Origin: Candidatus Portnoybacteria bacterium
GTDB lineage: Bacteria > Patescibacteriota > Minisyncoccia > Portnoybacterales > GWB1-42-6
Length of the DNA: 54,499 nucleotides
Direction: 5' to 3'
NCBI GenBank assembly: GCA_016208745.1
Contig: JACQXN010000017.1
Location: 1 to 54,499 of the forward strand
Positions 14,657 through 23,848 of the stretch are shown in pieces (positions within the stretch are counted from its first letter, which is position 1; each line of letters opens with the position of its first letter). The notes below the pieces were generated by a model. The model had not been told where the DNA came from and did no database searches. It saw nothing but the letters and a program-made list of their open reading frames with translations. Position numbers and translations under genes: made by a program.

Positions 14657-16561
14657 TTATTTCTTCAAAATCTCCAGAAAAACATTCTGAGGGATTTTTA
14701 TTTTCCCAATAGATTTCATCTTTTTTTTGCCCCGCTTCTGCTTTTCCAATAGTTTCCTTTTGCGAGAATAATCTCCGCCGTAAAGATAGCCGGTCACATC
14801 TTTCCGCATCGCCGCGATAGTTTCGCGCGCGATGATTTTGCCGCCAAGAGCGGCCTGCAAACTCACAGCAAACATTTGTTTGGGCAAAACTTCCTTTAAC
14901 TTACTAACTAGAGCCCTGCCTTCTTGAAAAACTCTTTCTCTTGGGACAATACGGCTTAAAGAAGACTCCTTATCACCAGCCACTAAAACATCCATCTTAA
15001 CCAAATCGGCGCTGCGCCATTCCAAGATCTCATAGCTCATGGAAGCATAACCGGAACTGACGGATTTTAAACGATCGTAAAAATCAACTATAATCTCGCG
15101 CAAAGGCGCTTCGCAAGAGAAAATGAATCGCTCGCTACCAAGATATTGAGTGTTTTTATAAACCCCGCCAGAAGACTGAACTAGTTTCATTATTGCGCCA
15201 AGATAAACATTGGGACAAATAATTTCCAATTTAATCCACGGCTCTTTAATCTGCTCCAGCCGGCTTGGGTCTGGCATCTCTTCAGCTGAATAAATTGTTT
15301 TTTCTTTATGCCCTGATTTTTCAATAATTTGATAAGCAACGCTTGGCGTTGTGACGATAAGATCAAGACCATATTCCCTTTTTAGTCTTTCACTGATAAT
15401 TTCCAGATGCAGCATTCCCAAAAACCCGCATTTAAATCCGCGGCCTAACGCTTCTGAAGACTCGGGCTCAAAAACAAGCGCGGCATCATTTAGTTTTAAT
15501 TTATTTAACGAGTCTTTTAAGTGGTCGTATTCTGCATCAGCTGAAGGATAAAAGCTGGCAAAAACCATCGGCCTTGGCTCCTTATAACCAGCCAGTGGAT
15601 TTCTGGCTTGATGATGAAAATTAGTTATTGTGTCGCCAACGCGGCATAAACTTACATCTTTAAAACCAGTAGCAATATAGCCAATGTCGCCAGCGCCAAG
15701 CTCGTTTCTTTGCGTTAAAGCCGGCTTAAATATTCCGACTTCCAAAACTTCAGATTGAGCGTGCGAACCTATTAAAAATATTTTTTCACCAGCCTTAATC
15801 TGGCCGTCAACAATTCTGACATAAGCCAAAACGCCTTTATAGGCATCGTAAACTGAATCAAAAATCAAAGCGCGCAATGGCTGGTTTATATTAACTTGGG
15901 GCGCTGGAATTTTTTGAATGACCGCCTGCAATAATTCTTCAACTCCTTTTCCTTCTTTGGCGGAAATTTTATAGATCTCCGCGTTAGAATCTCCTAATAT
16001 CTCTCTTATCTGCTCTTCCGCTTCTTTGACTCTGGCGCCCGGCAAATCAATTTTATTAATCGCTGGGATAATTTTTAAATTTTGCTCTTTGGCTAAATAT
16101 AAATTAGCTAGAGTCTGTGCTTGCACGCCTTTGGTCGCGTCAACCAGTAATATCGCGCCCTCAACCGCAGCCAACGAACGGGAAACCTCGTAAGAAAAAT
16201 CTACATGGCCGGGGGTGTCTATTAAATTTAAAGTGTAAAAATCAAAATTTAAAATTTTGGTATCCCGCTCCGCGGGATTTATTTTTAATTTTTCATTGTC
16301 ATTTTGATTTTTGCCCGCCCCGCTTCGCTTGGCGAGGCCGGGGATATTTACATTTTGCATTTTATACGCCATCCTAACCGGCTGCAATTTTATCGTTATC
16401 CCTTTTTCTCTTTCCAAATCCATCTGATCCAAATACTGCTCTCGCATTTTTCTTTTCTCAACCGCGCCGGTCAATTCCAAAAGCCGGTCCGCTAAAGTGG
16501 ATTTTCCGTGGTCAATATGAGCCAAAATTGCAAAATTCCTAATGTTCTTTAGCTCGGTCAT
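14657..16561 (-). CDS. lepA: Elongation factor 4 (LepA), with a ~33-aa insertion in the G domain
   Basis: NFAILAHIDHGKSTL, DTPGHVDF, NKID, and the C-terminal LepA region (GGDYSRKRKLLEKQKRGKKKMK). Confidence 0.95.
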   Translation of the reverse strand: MTELKNIRNFAILAHIDHGKSTLADRLLELTGAVEKRKMREQYLDQMDLEREKGITIKLQPVRMAYKMQNVNIPGLAKRSGAGKNQNDNEKLKINPAERDTKILNFDFYTLNLIDTPGHVDFSYEVSRSLAAVEGAILLVDATKGVQAQTLANLYLAKEQNLKIIPAINKIDLPGARVKEAEEQIREILGDSNAEIYKISAKEGKGVEELLQAVIQKIPAPQVNINQPLRALIFDSVYDAYKGVLAYVRIVDGQIKAGEKIFLIGSHAQSEVLEVGIFKPALTQRNELGAGDIGYIATGFKDVSLCRVGDTITNFHHQARNPLAGYKEPRPMVFASFYPSADAEYDHLKDSLNKLKLNDAALVFEPESSEALGRGFKCGFLGMLHLEIISERLKREYGLDLIVTTPSVAYQIIEKSGHKEKTIYSAEEMPDPSRLEQIKEPWIKLEIICPNVYLGAIMKLVQSSGGVYKNTQYLGSERFIFSCEAPLREIIVDFYDRLKSVSSGYASMSYEILEWRSADLVKMDVLVAGDKESSLSRIVPRERVFQEGRALVSKLKEVLPKQMFAVSLQAALGGKIIARETIAAMRKDVTGYLYGGDYSRKRKLLEKQKRGKKKMKSIGKIKIPQNVFLEILKK

Positions 16562-17360
16562 ATAAATTTTTTATACATTTATTGAGATGCTCTAATCTTT
16601 TTCTATGTTTTAACAGAGGCCTAATAATACCGAATAATTTAGCAAGAGAGCTTTTATCACTTACCCTTAATCTCCATAAATCACCGTTATACTTATAATG
16701 GTGCTTTTTGTTATAAATCTGCCCCTTGCTACCGATTTTAATAGGAAATGGGCAACTAACATCATTCTTTAACAACCAGTTGTAAATCCAAAATATAATG
16801 TTTCTATCGTAAGAATCGATCTTAAATCTTGCCCTGCCGTCATACACTCCTATATTTCCTTCTGCATCGATATATCCAGCAGCAAAACTATTGGCACATT
16901 CCTTATTTCTAGTGATCCAACCAGCCACAGAGTCTATTTTCGGCAATAAAAATGAAAAGCTTTTATCTAAAAAACAATTTATATGTAGACTCATTTTGCC
17001 TCCGATTGTAACTTGTCCATACTTCACAAACAAATTTTTTATTAAATCTGCCTGCTCCTTTCTGGTTGTGTGACATCTTACAACAATTACATCCGAATGA
17101 CTGACGGTTTGATATACATTCAAATCACCTAATCTAAAACCAATCATATAAGCCTCTTCTTTGCAACTACCAGAAAAACTTTTTTTCTGGTATTTACTCT
17201 GTATTATCGAGCGAGAAAGAGGCTTCATTCCAAATTCTCTCATTCGATTTAAAATCGTCTTGAAGCTACAATCGTAAATTCTACCTATTTCATATTTGGA
17301 TTTATTCTGCTTATAATACAATCTTGATAGATCTTTTTTTGGAATTAATATCTTTGCCAT
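16539..17360 (-). CDS. Free-standing LAGLIDADG-family homing endonuclease with an N-terminal HTH-like region
   Basis: Two LAGLIDADG-type motifs: AYMIGFRLGDLNV and FAAGYIDAEGNIG. Its stop lies 23 nt inside the lepA start region. Confidence 0.7.
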   Translation of the reverse strand: MAKILIPKKDLSRLYYKQNKSKYEIGRIYDCSFKTILNRMREFGMKPLSRSIIQSKYQKKSFSGSCKEEAYMIGFRLGDLNVYQTVSHSDVIVVRCHTTRKEQADLIKNLFVKYGQVTIGGKMSLHINCFLDKSFSFLLPKIDSVAGWITRNKECANSFAAGYIDAEGNIGVYDGRARFKIDSYDRNIIFWIYNWLLKNDVSCPFPIKIGSKGQIYNKKHHYKYNGDLWRLRVSDKSSLAKLFGIIRPLLKHRKRLEHLNKCIKNLYDRAKEH

Positions 17361-17430
17361 ATAATCAAGTATGGCATGATTCTAAGAAATGCGCAACAAT
17401 GCAAAAGTTTCTGATATTGTTCATAAGAAA

Positions 17431-18252
17431 TTATTCCAGCGGACTCTTAATATTTTTTAAGTTCGGATTGGTGACTTTCGTATAAAGCTGGGTCGTCCTT
17501 ATATTGGCGTGCCCCAAAAGCTCCTGTACATATCGAATATCCACGCCGTTTTCCAAAAGATGGGTGGCAAATGAATGGCGAAGAGAATGAAAAGTAGCGT
17601 CTTTTTGAATTTTAGCATTATTTTTGGCGTTTTCAAAAATTTTCTGAGCGGTTCTTTCTGTTAGTTTCCCGCCTCGTTCACTGGAAAAAACAAAATCATC
17701 TTTATCGCGCAGCGCGGCAATCTCCCGCAAATCATGCTTTAGTTTTTCCGGAAATATTGTAATCCGATCCTTGCTTCCTTTCGCCCTTTTAATATGAATC
17801 GTCAATTCGTCCAAATCAATGTCTTTTATTTTTAAGTTTATTGCTTCGCTTACGCGTAGACCGGCTCCATATGAAAGAGAAATTAGTAATTTGTGTTTAG
17901 GATTTTTTATTGAATCAATTATTCTTTCAAGTTCAATTCTGGAAAGCACCACCGGCAATTTACTCGCGGTCTTAGCAAATTTTATATCAACAGCAATCTG
18001 ACTTTTCATTATTTCGCGATAAAAATATTTTATTGCTTGGAGATGCAGATTGATTGTTTGCGATGATTTTCCCCCGTCCTGCATTCCTAGAAGATAATTT
18101 TTTATTAAACTGGCATCCGGCTCTTTTTTGATGTTTTTAATGTGGTGAAAATAATTTTTCAGGCAAAACAAATAACTTTCAACGGTCCTAGGACTGAAAT
18201 TGCGCAATTTTAGCTCATTCTCAATTTTTTTAATCAGTTCTTCCAAGCGCAT
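17431..18252 (-). CDS. Tyrosine site-specific recombinase (XerC/XerD/integrase family)
   Basis: N-terminal SAM-like domain. Catalytic residues lie in GLRVSE (R), KGSKDR (K), HSLRHSFATHL (H-x-x-R), LGHANIRTTQLYTKV (H, Y). Confidence 0.85.
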   Translation of the reverse strand: MRLEELIKKIENELKLRNFSPRTVESYLFCLKNYFHHIKNIKKEPDASLIKNYLLGMQDGGKSSQTINLHLQAIKYFYREIMKSQIAVDIKFAKTASKLPVVLSRIELERIIDSIKNPKHKLLISLSYGAGLRVSEAINLKIKDIDLDELTIHIKRAKGSKDRITIFPEKLKHDLREIAALRDKDDFVFSSERGGKLTERTAQKIFENAKNNAKIQKDATFHSLRHSFATHLLENGVDIRYVQELLGHANIRTTQLYTKVTNPNLKNIKSPLE

Positions 18253-18360
18253 ACAAAAGATGCTATTATAAAAATATAAATGGATTTTTTTAATAATACC
18301 ACACTTCGCATAATATACAAATTTTAAAAACTATCAATCTTTTTATTCGCATAAAAACGA

Positions 18361-18407
18361 GTTATCGGAAATATTGCTCTTTAAAAACAAATACTTTTAG
18401 AGAATTG
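18361..18407. repeat. Left inverted repeat bracketing the zinc-ribbon gene
   Basis: The reverse complement of gttatcggaaatattgctctttaaaaacaaatacttttagagaattg matches 18670-18745 at about 45 of 47 positions, once a 29-nt hairpin insertion in the right copy is allowed for. Confidence 0.8.
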
Positions 18408-18433
18408 AAACTATCAACAAAAGGAGGTTCCCT

Positions 18434-18625
18434 ATGCATAGCATTAAACAATTATTGGACATGATAGCAACTGAAGCTCTTTCGTCGGACACTCATCAAT
18501 GCCATAGTTGCGGGCGCACTTTTTCACCCAATGAAGACGGCTGTCCATTCTGCGGTACAAACGCGCCCGTTTCACTAATTCCCGAACTGCAGAAAAAAAA
18601 CGAGCATGAAGTGGAAAACGATTGA
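18434..18625 (+). CDS. Small zinc-ribbon protein (63 aa), paralogue of 34145-34417
   Basis: Strong SD (aaaaggagg-N6-ATG). The CxxC...CxxC motif CHSCGRTFSPNEDGCPFCGTNAPV is shared with the paralogue. Confidence 0.6.
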   Translation: MHSIKQLLDMIATEALSSDTHQCHSCGRTFSPNEDGCPFCGTNAPVSLIPELQKKNEHEVEND

Positions 18626-18669
18626 TTCAATTCATTTTCTCTCATGGGGAAGTCAAAAAATGATTTCCC

Positions 18670-18745
18670 CAATTCTCTAAAAGTATTTGTTTTGCTGGTT
18701 TATCAGCCAGCAGGCTATCGCCTAAAGAGCAATACATCCGATAAC
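18670..18745. repeat. Right inverted repeat bracketing the zinc-ribbon gene (interrupted by the gctgg...ccagc hairpin at 18694-18722)
   Basis: caattctctaaaagtatttgtttt[29 nt]taaagagcaatacatccgataac. Confidence 0.8.
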
Positions 18746-18880
18746 ACGGCATATCCGGCTCGGACTTTTACGAAAGTCCCCGCGCAAATTGCCTTTTCGC
18801 TCCAGTGGTCGGTTAACGCCATATTATACCACTTACGCTTCAAGGCAACTTCGTATATTCGGATACGTTATACGCATAAT

Positions 18881-18911
18881 AAAAAACGGCTAGAAACTAT
18901 AGCCGTTTTTA
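18881..18911. terminator. Bidirectional rho-independent terminator (murJ on minus; zinc-ribbon gene region on plus)
   Basis: aaaaaa-cggcta-gaaacta-tagccg-ttttt. Confidence 0.7.
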
Positions 18912-18934
18912 TTTTCCAGTTTTTTTCCAAAAAT

Positions 18935-20620
18935 CTACATCTCCTCTGTCTCGCTAATTCCCAAAAACTTCACTGATTGCCACATTTTTCTTTTGACCGC
19001 AGCAACCAGACTAATCATTTCTTCAGATTTTAGAAGCAGCGAGATTGAAACAAAAATAACGCCGGCAAAAAATGTGGCAAAAATAAGTTGCAGTAAGATT
19101 CCCAAAAAAGTGAGGGTATTTAAAAACGGCTCAATAAAATAAAGACAGGCATAGCCGACAACGCCGGCGGCCAGACCAGCTAAAAGATATTTTAAAAAAG
19201 CGACAAAAATTTTTCCAAAATCAAGCGAGCCATAATATTTTCTTAAAATTATAAAAAGAGTTGCCGCGTAGAAAAAAGAGGCCAAGGAAAAACCAAATGG
19301 CAAAGCTAAAATTCTAACATCGGATAGCCCATCCAGTTTCAGAAAAGAAATCAGGCTTTGCGTGAAAACTTCATCGCGGCTTAATAAGTTTAAAAAAAGA
19401 TATGTCGACCCGATATTAACCACGATTGAAACTAGACTTATTATCAAAGGAATAACTGTGTTTTTTAAAGCAAAAAATGCCCGCGAAAGCAAGGGGGCGA
19501 TTCCTTGAAAAATAAAACTTGAAGCAAAAACTGCTAAAGTGGCAGCCGCCAGCCGCGTTTCATCCCAACTTAGGTTTCTGGCTCCGATAATCAAACGCAC
19601 AATCTGCGCTCTAAAAACAAAAGTTAAGATTGCCAGGGGCACAAGGAAAAACAGAATTTGGCGCGCGGTATAGGAAAAATCTTTTTTAAATTCTTCTTTA
19701 TCGTCTCTGGCCGCCGAATGGCTAAGGCTGGGAAAAACAGAGACCACAAAAGAAACCGCAAAAACTCCGATTGGCACATATTCAATATTTAAAACCAGAT
19801 TAAAAAGCGCCACACTTCCAATCATTAGCGTTGAACCAATGATTGTGCCGACCAGCTGACTAATTTGCGCTGTGTCAATCCCGATAATTCTTGGCAAAAT
19901 TAATTTAAAAATATTTCTTACACCCTGATTTTTTAAATCAATAGCTTTCTGCCAGACAAATCCAAATTTTTTGGCGCCCGGAATTTGAACCAAAAGGTGA
20001 AGCAACGCGCCAAAAACGACTCCGGCCGCCACGCCAAAAATTCCAAAAAATGGCGCCAGAAACAAAATGCCAAAAATAATCGCCAAATTATAGATTAAGG
20101 GCGCCAAGGCAACTAAAAAAAAGCTTCTAAAAGAGTTTAAAATTCCTGAGAAAACAGCGCTAATGGCAAAAAGCCACGGAGAAAGGAGTAAAATTCTTGT
20201 TAGATTCACAGTTAAAGAAAGTTTTTCGCCTGCAAATCCCGGGCTTATCAAATGCATAAGAAGCGGAGAAAAAACAAAAAAGACAGAAACCAAAACGCCC
20301 ATAACGACTATAGTTAAATTCAAAACAGAATTAGCAATCCGCCAGGCTTGAACTTTATCTTTATCTAAAAATTCACAGAAAACCGGAATAAAAGCCACCG
20401 ATAAGGTGGCTGAAATTAAAAGATTAAAAGCAAAATTGGGAATCTGAAAAGCGGCAAAATAAGCGTCCAGATTATTACCAACGCCAAATGTCCCAACGAG
20501 CAACCTTTCGCGAATCATTCCCAAAAAACGGCTAGCCAAAGAAGCCGCCGCCAGAAGCATGGCGGCCGAAGCGATATTTTGAGTATTGTTGTTAAAAATT
20601 CGGGAAAAAATTTTATTCAT
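18935..20620 (-). CDS. murJ: Lipid II flippase MurJ (MviN family)
   Basis: About 14 TM helices, with the N-terminal pattern ASRFLGMIRERLLVGTFG...LDAYFAAFQIPNFAFNLL typical of MurJ. Confidence 0.85.
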   Translation of the reverse strand: MNKIFSRIFNNNTQNIASAAMLLAAASLASRFLGMIRERLLVGTFGVGNNLDAYFAAFQIPNFAFNLLISATLSVAFIPVFCEFLDKDKVQAWRIANSVLNLTIVVMGVLVSVFFVFSPLLMHLISPGFAGEKLSLTVNLTRILLLSPWLFAISAVFSGILNSFRSFFLVALAPLIYNLAIIFGILFLAPFFGIFGVAAGVVFGALLHLLVQIPGAKKFGFVWQKAIDLKNQGVRNIFKLILPRIIGIDTAQISQLVGTIIGSTLMIGSVALFNLVLNIEYVPIGVFAVSFVVSVFPSLSHSAARDDKEEFKKDFSYTARQILFFLVPLAILTFVFRAQIVRLIIGARNLSWDETRLAAATLAVFASSFIFQGIAPLLSRAFFALKNTVIPLIISLVSIVVNIGSTYLFLNLLSRDEVFTQSLISFLKLDGLSDVRILALPFGFSLASFFYAATLFIILRKYYGSLDFGKIFVAFLKYLLAGLAAGVVGYACLYFIEPFLNTLTFLGILLQLIFATFFAGVIFVSISLLLKSEEMISLVAAVKRKMWQSVKFLGISETEEM

Positions 20621-20624
20621 GATT

Positions 20625-20660
20625 CTCCCCTCCTTTTTAAAGGAGGGCTGGGGTGGATTT
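20625..20660. repeat. GGAGGG/CCCTCC hairpin repeat directly upstream of the murJ start (contains its SD)
   Basis: ctcccctcctttttaaaggagggctggggtggatttt. Confidence 0.7.
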
Positions 20661-20721
20661 TTTAAAATTTAAATTCCCCTTTATTCTATTTTTAAAAAAG
20701 GGAAACGACTTTCTATAATTT

Positions 20722-23373
20722 TTACCTTTTAAAAACAAAGTTCAGCGATCTATCCATCGACAAATCTGTTTTTATATTATCGGAGCTTGATGAATCCATG
20801 CGCCAGCCCGAAGGCAAATCTAATTCTACTTCCAACCCGCTATTTGGCATACCTGATTGTTTCTGCGCCAGAAGCGAAAGAGAAGCTTCTTTTTTACTTG
20901 TATCCAGTTTAAATGGAAGTTTGTATTGATAGGTTAAAATTGTTGTTTCGCCGGGGCTGGTATAAACCCAGTTGCCAAAAACCGTTTTGCCTGATTCTTC
21001 AAAAATTTGCGTGCCAGATGCCAAATCCGTTTTCAGATTTGATTCTTGTGCCAAAACATCAGCGTCTTTTTTGAAGCCAGATTTTTCATAATCTATTGGC
21101 GGCTTATATTCTTCCAAAGTCTGGCCTTGCGCAGAAATTAATTCCGCGCCTTTTGGCAAATAAACTCTCAAATAATCCGCGTTAACATTGTTATACCATT
21201 CATATTGGGAACTGCCGCCTGTATGATGGCGGGAAATCTGCAAAGTGTCAATAATTGAACCGTCTTTCTCAATTGAAATCGTATGTTTAATATTTTGCTC
21301 AATCATCTTATCGGTTTTGAAACCATTAATATTTGAATTAACAACACTGAAATAATCTTGACTGGCTGACAAAACCTCGCCGCCCCAGCCCTGCTGACTG
21401 ATAAAATCTTGTAAACTGGGCTCGGTTAAATAAGCTAAAATCTGTTTTTCCTTCAAAGAGCCGAGAACTAATTTAATTAATTCTAGATTCCCCGCCTCTG
21501 ATTTTTCAACCACTTTATCAATTAATTTTGGCGCAAAATCAGCCAGAATCTTCTTGGGCTGGTTAAGCTCTTTATCATAATCTACTTCCACTTTATACTG
21601 CGTTATTTCGGCAAAATTTTCCGCGTTAAGGGAAATTCCATATTCTGGCATATCAATCGGCCCAGCTATTAAAAGCAGGCGCTCAATAACAGTTGGCGTA
21701 AAAGCAATTATGCCATCGGCTGTTTCTCCGCCGGCTTTTTCGTAAAACCACATAATTTTTTGGGCAGAAGTTGGAAAATCAGCAAACCAATTAGCATCAT
21801 GCGCGCTCCAGGCAGTTGAGATTTTCTGAATCGGCTGAGGCGGAACAACATTTTCTATTAATTGTCCGTCCAGATTAAAAATGCCGTCAATAAAAAGATT
21901 TTTAACCTTGGCTTGATCGATATCTAAAACTCCGTAAGTTCCGATAAATCCTCCGGTGGCGCGCATCTCGGCATTGTTTTGAAAAACCAAAAGATATTTT
22001 TTAGTTTTTTGGGCGCCAAGAATTTCGGCAAAATTATCCGCCCAGCCTATTGCGCTGCCAGCGGCCTGAACAACCTGCGGCAGCTTTTCTTTAAGCGCGG
22101 CAGACTGCTCTTGGATATTTTGCGGCAAAGAAGAAACTTTAATTTTTTGCAGGTGATTATTGGCCAAATAGAGACTGGCAAAGGCGGCTTCTAGATTTTT
22201 TCTGGCATCGTTAATAGAAAAACCATCACGACCGCTTTCATTGCTAAAAACAGCCAATATTTTGGTAAAATTCTGGCCGGCTTCGCTTAATTCTTCGCCG
22301 GCTTTAACAAGGTGGATTCGCGAAGAAAAATAAGAAAGACCGGGAATTTTATCTAAAACAAGAACCAGCCAACCGCCGATTTTATCAATTTGGGAACTAA
22401 CTGAAGCAAGAAGACGATTGGCGTTCTCAAAGTCTTTTTCTGCCTGCGTAAAATCTGCCTGAGATAAAGAATCTTTAGCCGAAAGCAGAGACTGATATGC
22501 TTCTAAACTTAACCCTAAGCCATTCGTTTTTACATCTAAAACGCCATTAAACCAGCTGGCTAAGGGGATTAAAGAAAAAATCAAAATCACTGCTATTGAA
22601 AAACCAATCAGCGGCTTTGGGATATTTAATCTTTTTATTTTCGGACGCAATTCTTTTGCCTGCCAGCTGCGTTCTGCTTTCCAGTCAAATTTCAACTCTG
22701 TTTCAGGAAAATAATTTCTTTCTGACTCGTCAATGAACCAGTCGTTTTCTGGCTTTGCTTGATCTTCTGATAAAACAGACAAAGGCGAATCAAATATATT
22801 TTCGCTCTGAAATTCCTGCACAGGTTCTGGCTTTTCAATATCTAGGCTGAGATCAACAGGCAAGTCGTAATTAATTTGCAATTCTTCCGGTTGGATTAAT
22901 TCGCTATTTTCAGCTTCTATCGGGGGGGATTCTGACTCGCCAATTTCTACTGGCTCTTCAATAATCGATGAGGACTCTTGAGTCGGCTCAATATTTTCCA
23001 CAGACACAGCTATTTCCTCTTCCTCGTCTGGCAAATTCTTTAAAAATTGATCGCCCGACTCCACCATTTCTAAAATAGAAATAATTTCCAAGGGATCAGG
23101 CAGGGCAATTTCCAGCGGCTCGCTAAACTGACTGTTTTTAAAGATCGGCCGCAAAGGTTTGATGCTGCCAATTTCTTCTGATTCTTCTTCTAAAATTTCT
23201 TCTGGCCGCGCCTTGGGACGTAAATTTATTGTTCTTCCGCCCAATTGTTCATCTATGGAATTTCTTAAATTGATTATTGCCTCAATTTGCTTAATTTTTT
23301 CCATGTCTAATTCCCCCGACCTTTTGCGCGGGCGAACATCAAACATCTGGCTGAAGATAAATCCTGAGCCCAT
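20722..23373 (-). CDS. Large membrane-anchored extracytoplasmic protein, DUF4012-like
   Basis: Acidic N-terminal region, one TM helix, and the motif RATGGFIGTYGVLDID that I recall as characteristic of DUF4012. The family call is from memory only. Confidence 0.55.
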   Translation of the reverse strand: MGSGFIFSQMFDVRPRKRSGELDMEKIKQIEAIINLRNSIDEQLGGRTINLRPKARPEEILEEESEEIGSIKPLRPIFKNSQFSEPLEIALPDPLEIISILEMVESGDQFLKNLPDEEEEIAVSVENIEPTQESSSIIEEPVEIGESESPPIEAENSELIQPEELQINYDLPVDLSLDIEKPEPVQEFQSENIFDSPLSVLSEDQAKPENDWFIDESERNYFPETELKFDWKAERSWQAKELRPKIKRLNIPKPLIGFSIAVILIFSLIPLASWFNGVLDVKTNGLGLSLEAYQSLLSAKDSLSQADFTQAEKDFENANRLLASVSSQIDKIGGWLVLVLDKIPGLSYFSSRIHLVKAGEELSEAGQNFTKILAVFSNESGRDGFSINDARKNLEAAFASLYLANNHLQKIKVSSLPQNIQEQSAALKEKLPQVVQAAGSAIGWADNFAEILGAQKTKKYLLVFQNNAEMRATGGFIGTYGVLDIDQAKVKNLFIDGIFNLDGQLIENVVPPQPIQKISTAWSAHDANWFADFPTSAQKIMWFYEKAGGETADGIIAFTPTVIERLLLIAGPIDMPEYGISLNAENFAEITQYKVEVDYDKELNQPKKILADFAPKLIDKVVEKSEAGNLELIKLVLGSLKEKQILAYLTEPSLQDFISQQGWGGEVLSASQDYFSVVNSNINGFKTDKMIEQNIKHTISIEKDGSIIDTLQISRHHTGGSSQYEWYNNVNADYLRVYLPKGAELISAQGQTLEEYKPPIDYEKSGFKKDADVLAQESNLKTDLASGTQIFEESGKTVFGNWVYTSPGETTILTYQYKLPFKLDTSKKEASLSLLAQKQSGMPNSGLEVELDLPSGWRMDSSSSDNIKTDLSMDRSLNFVFKR

Positions 23374-23583
23374 CTTATATCGAAATTATTTAATAAATCC
23401 GTTTCGTAGCGAAATTACAGAATTTCTGGCGAGCCAAGGACGGACGACAAAGGCGTATATGTAAATATCCGCCAAGGAGGACGGACGACGGCGCAGCCGA
23501 AATTCTGCAATTGCAGTAGAATAAGGATTTTTTAAATAATTTCTTATATTATAACATAATAAAAAAACTTGAGAATTCACAAG

Positions 23584-23610
23584 CAAAAAAGCCAAGAATA
23601 AATCTTGGCT
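23584..23610 (-). terminator. Rho-independent terminator after the 23642-23848 gene
   Basis: Minus sense reads agccaagatttattcttggct followed by tttttt. Confidence 0.7.
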
Positions 23611-23641
23611 TCTGTATTTTTTATAAAAAACTTATTTCCTA

Positions 23642-23848
23642 TTAAATTATCTCTATCCTTATTTCTCCCAACACCAGCTTATCGGCAAATTTCATCTCTG
23701 ACCTTTTAATCGACCGGTTAAATTCTATTCTTACTCCATCTTCCTCCGGATAGATCATGCCGATTAGAATATCTTGCTGATTCCATATTTCCACTACTGA
23801 TTTTTTGTCTTTATACCCAATCCTAAATCTTAATTTTTTATCACCCAC
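23642..23848 (-). CDS. Hypothetical small protein (68 aa)
   Basis: Overlaps the upstream gene by 8 nt, suggesting coupled translation. No motif recognised. Confidence 0.35.
   Translation of the reverse strand: MGDKKLRFRIGYKDKKSVVEIWNQQDILIGMIYPEEDGVRIEFNRSIKRSEMKFADKLVLGEIRIEII

Noticed and set aside
16539-17360. LAGLIDADG ORF as an intein or intron-encoded endonuclease within lepA
   Set aside because: It is a separate ORF in a different frame, upstream of an intact lepA N-terminus. There are no intein splice-junction residues and no group I intron-like structure around it.
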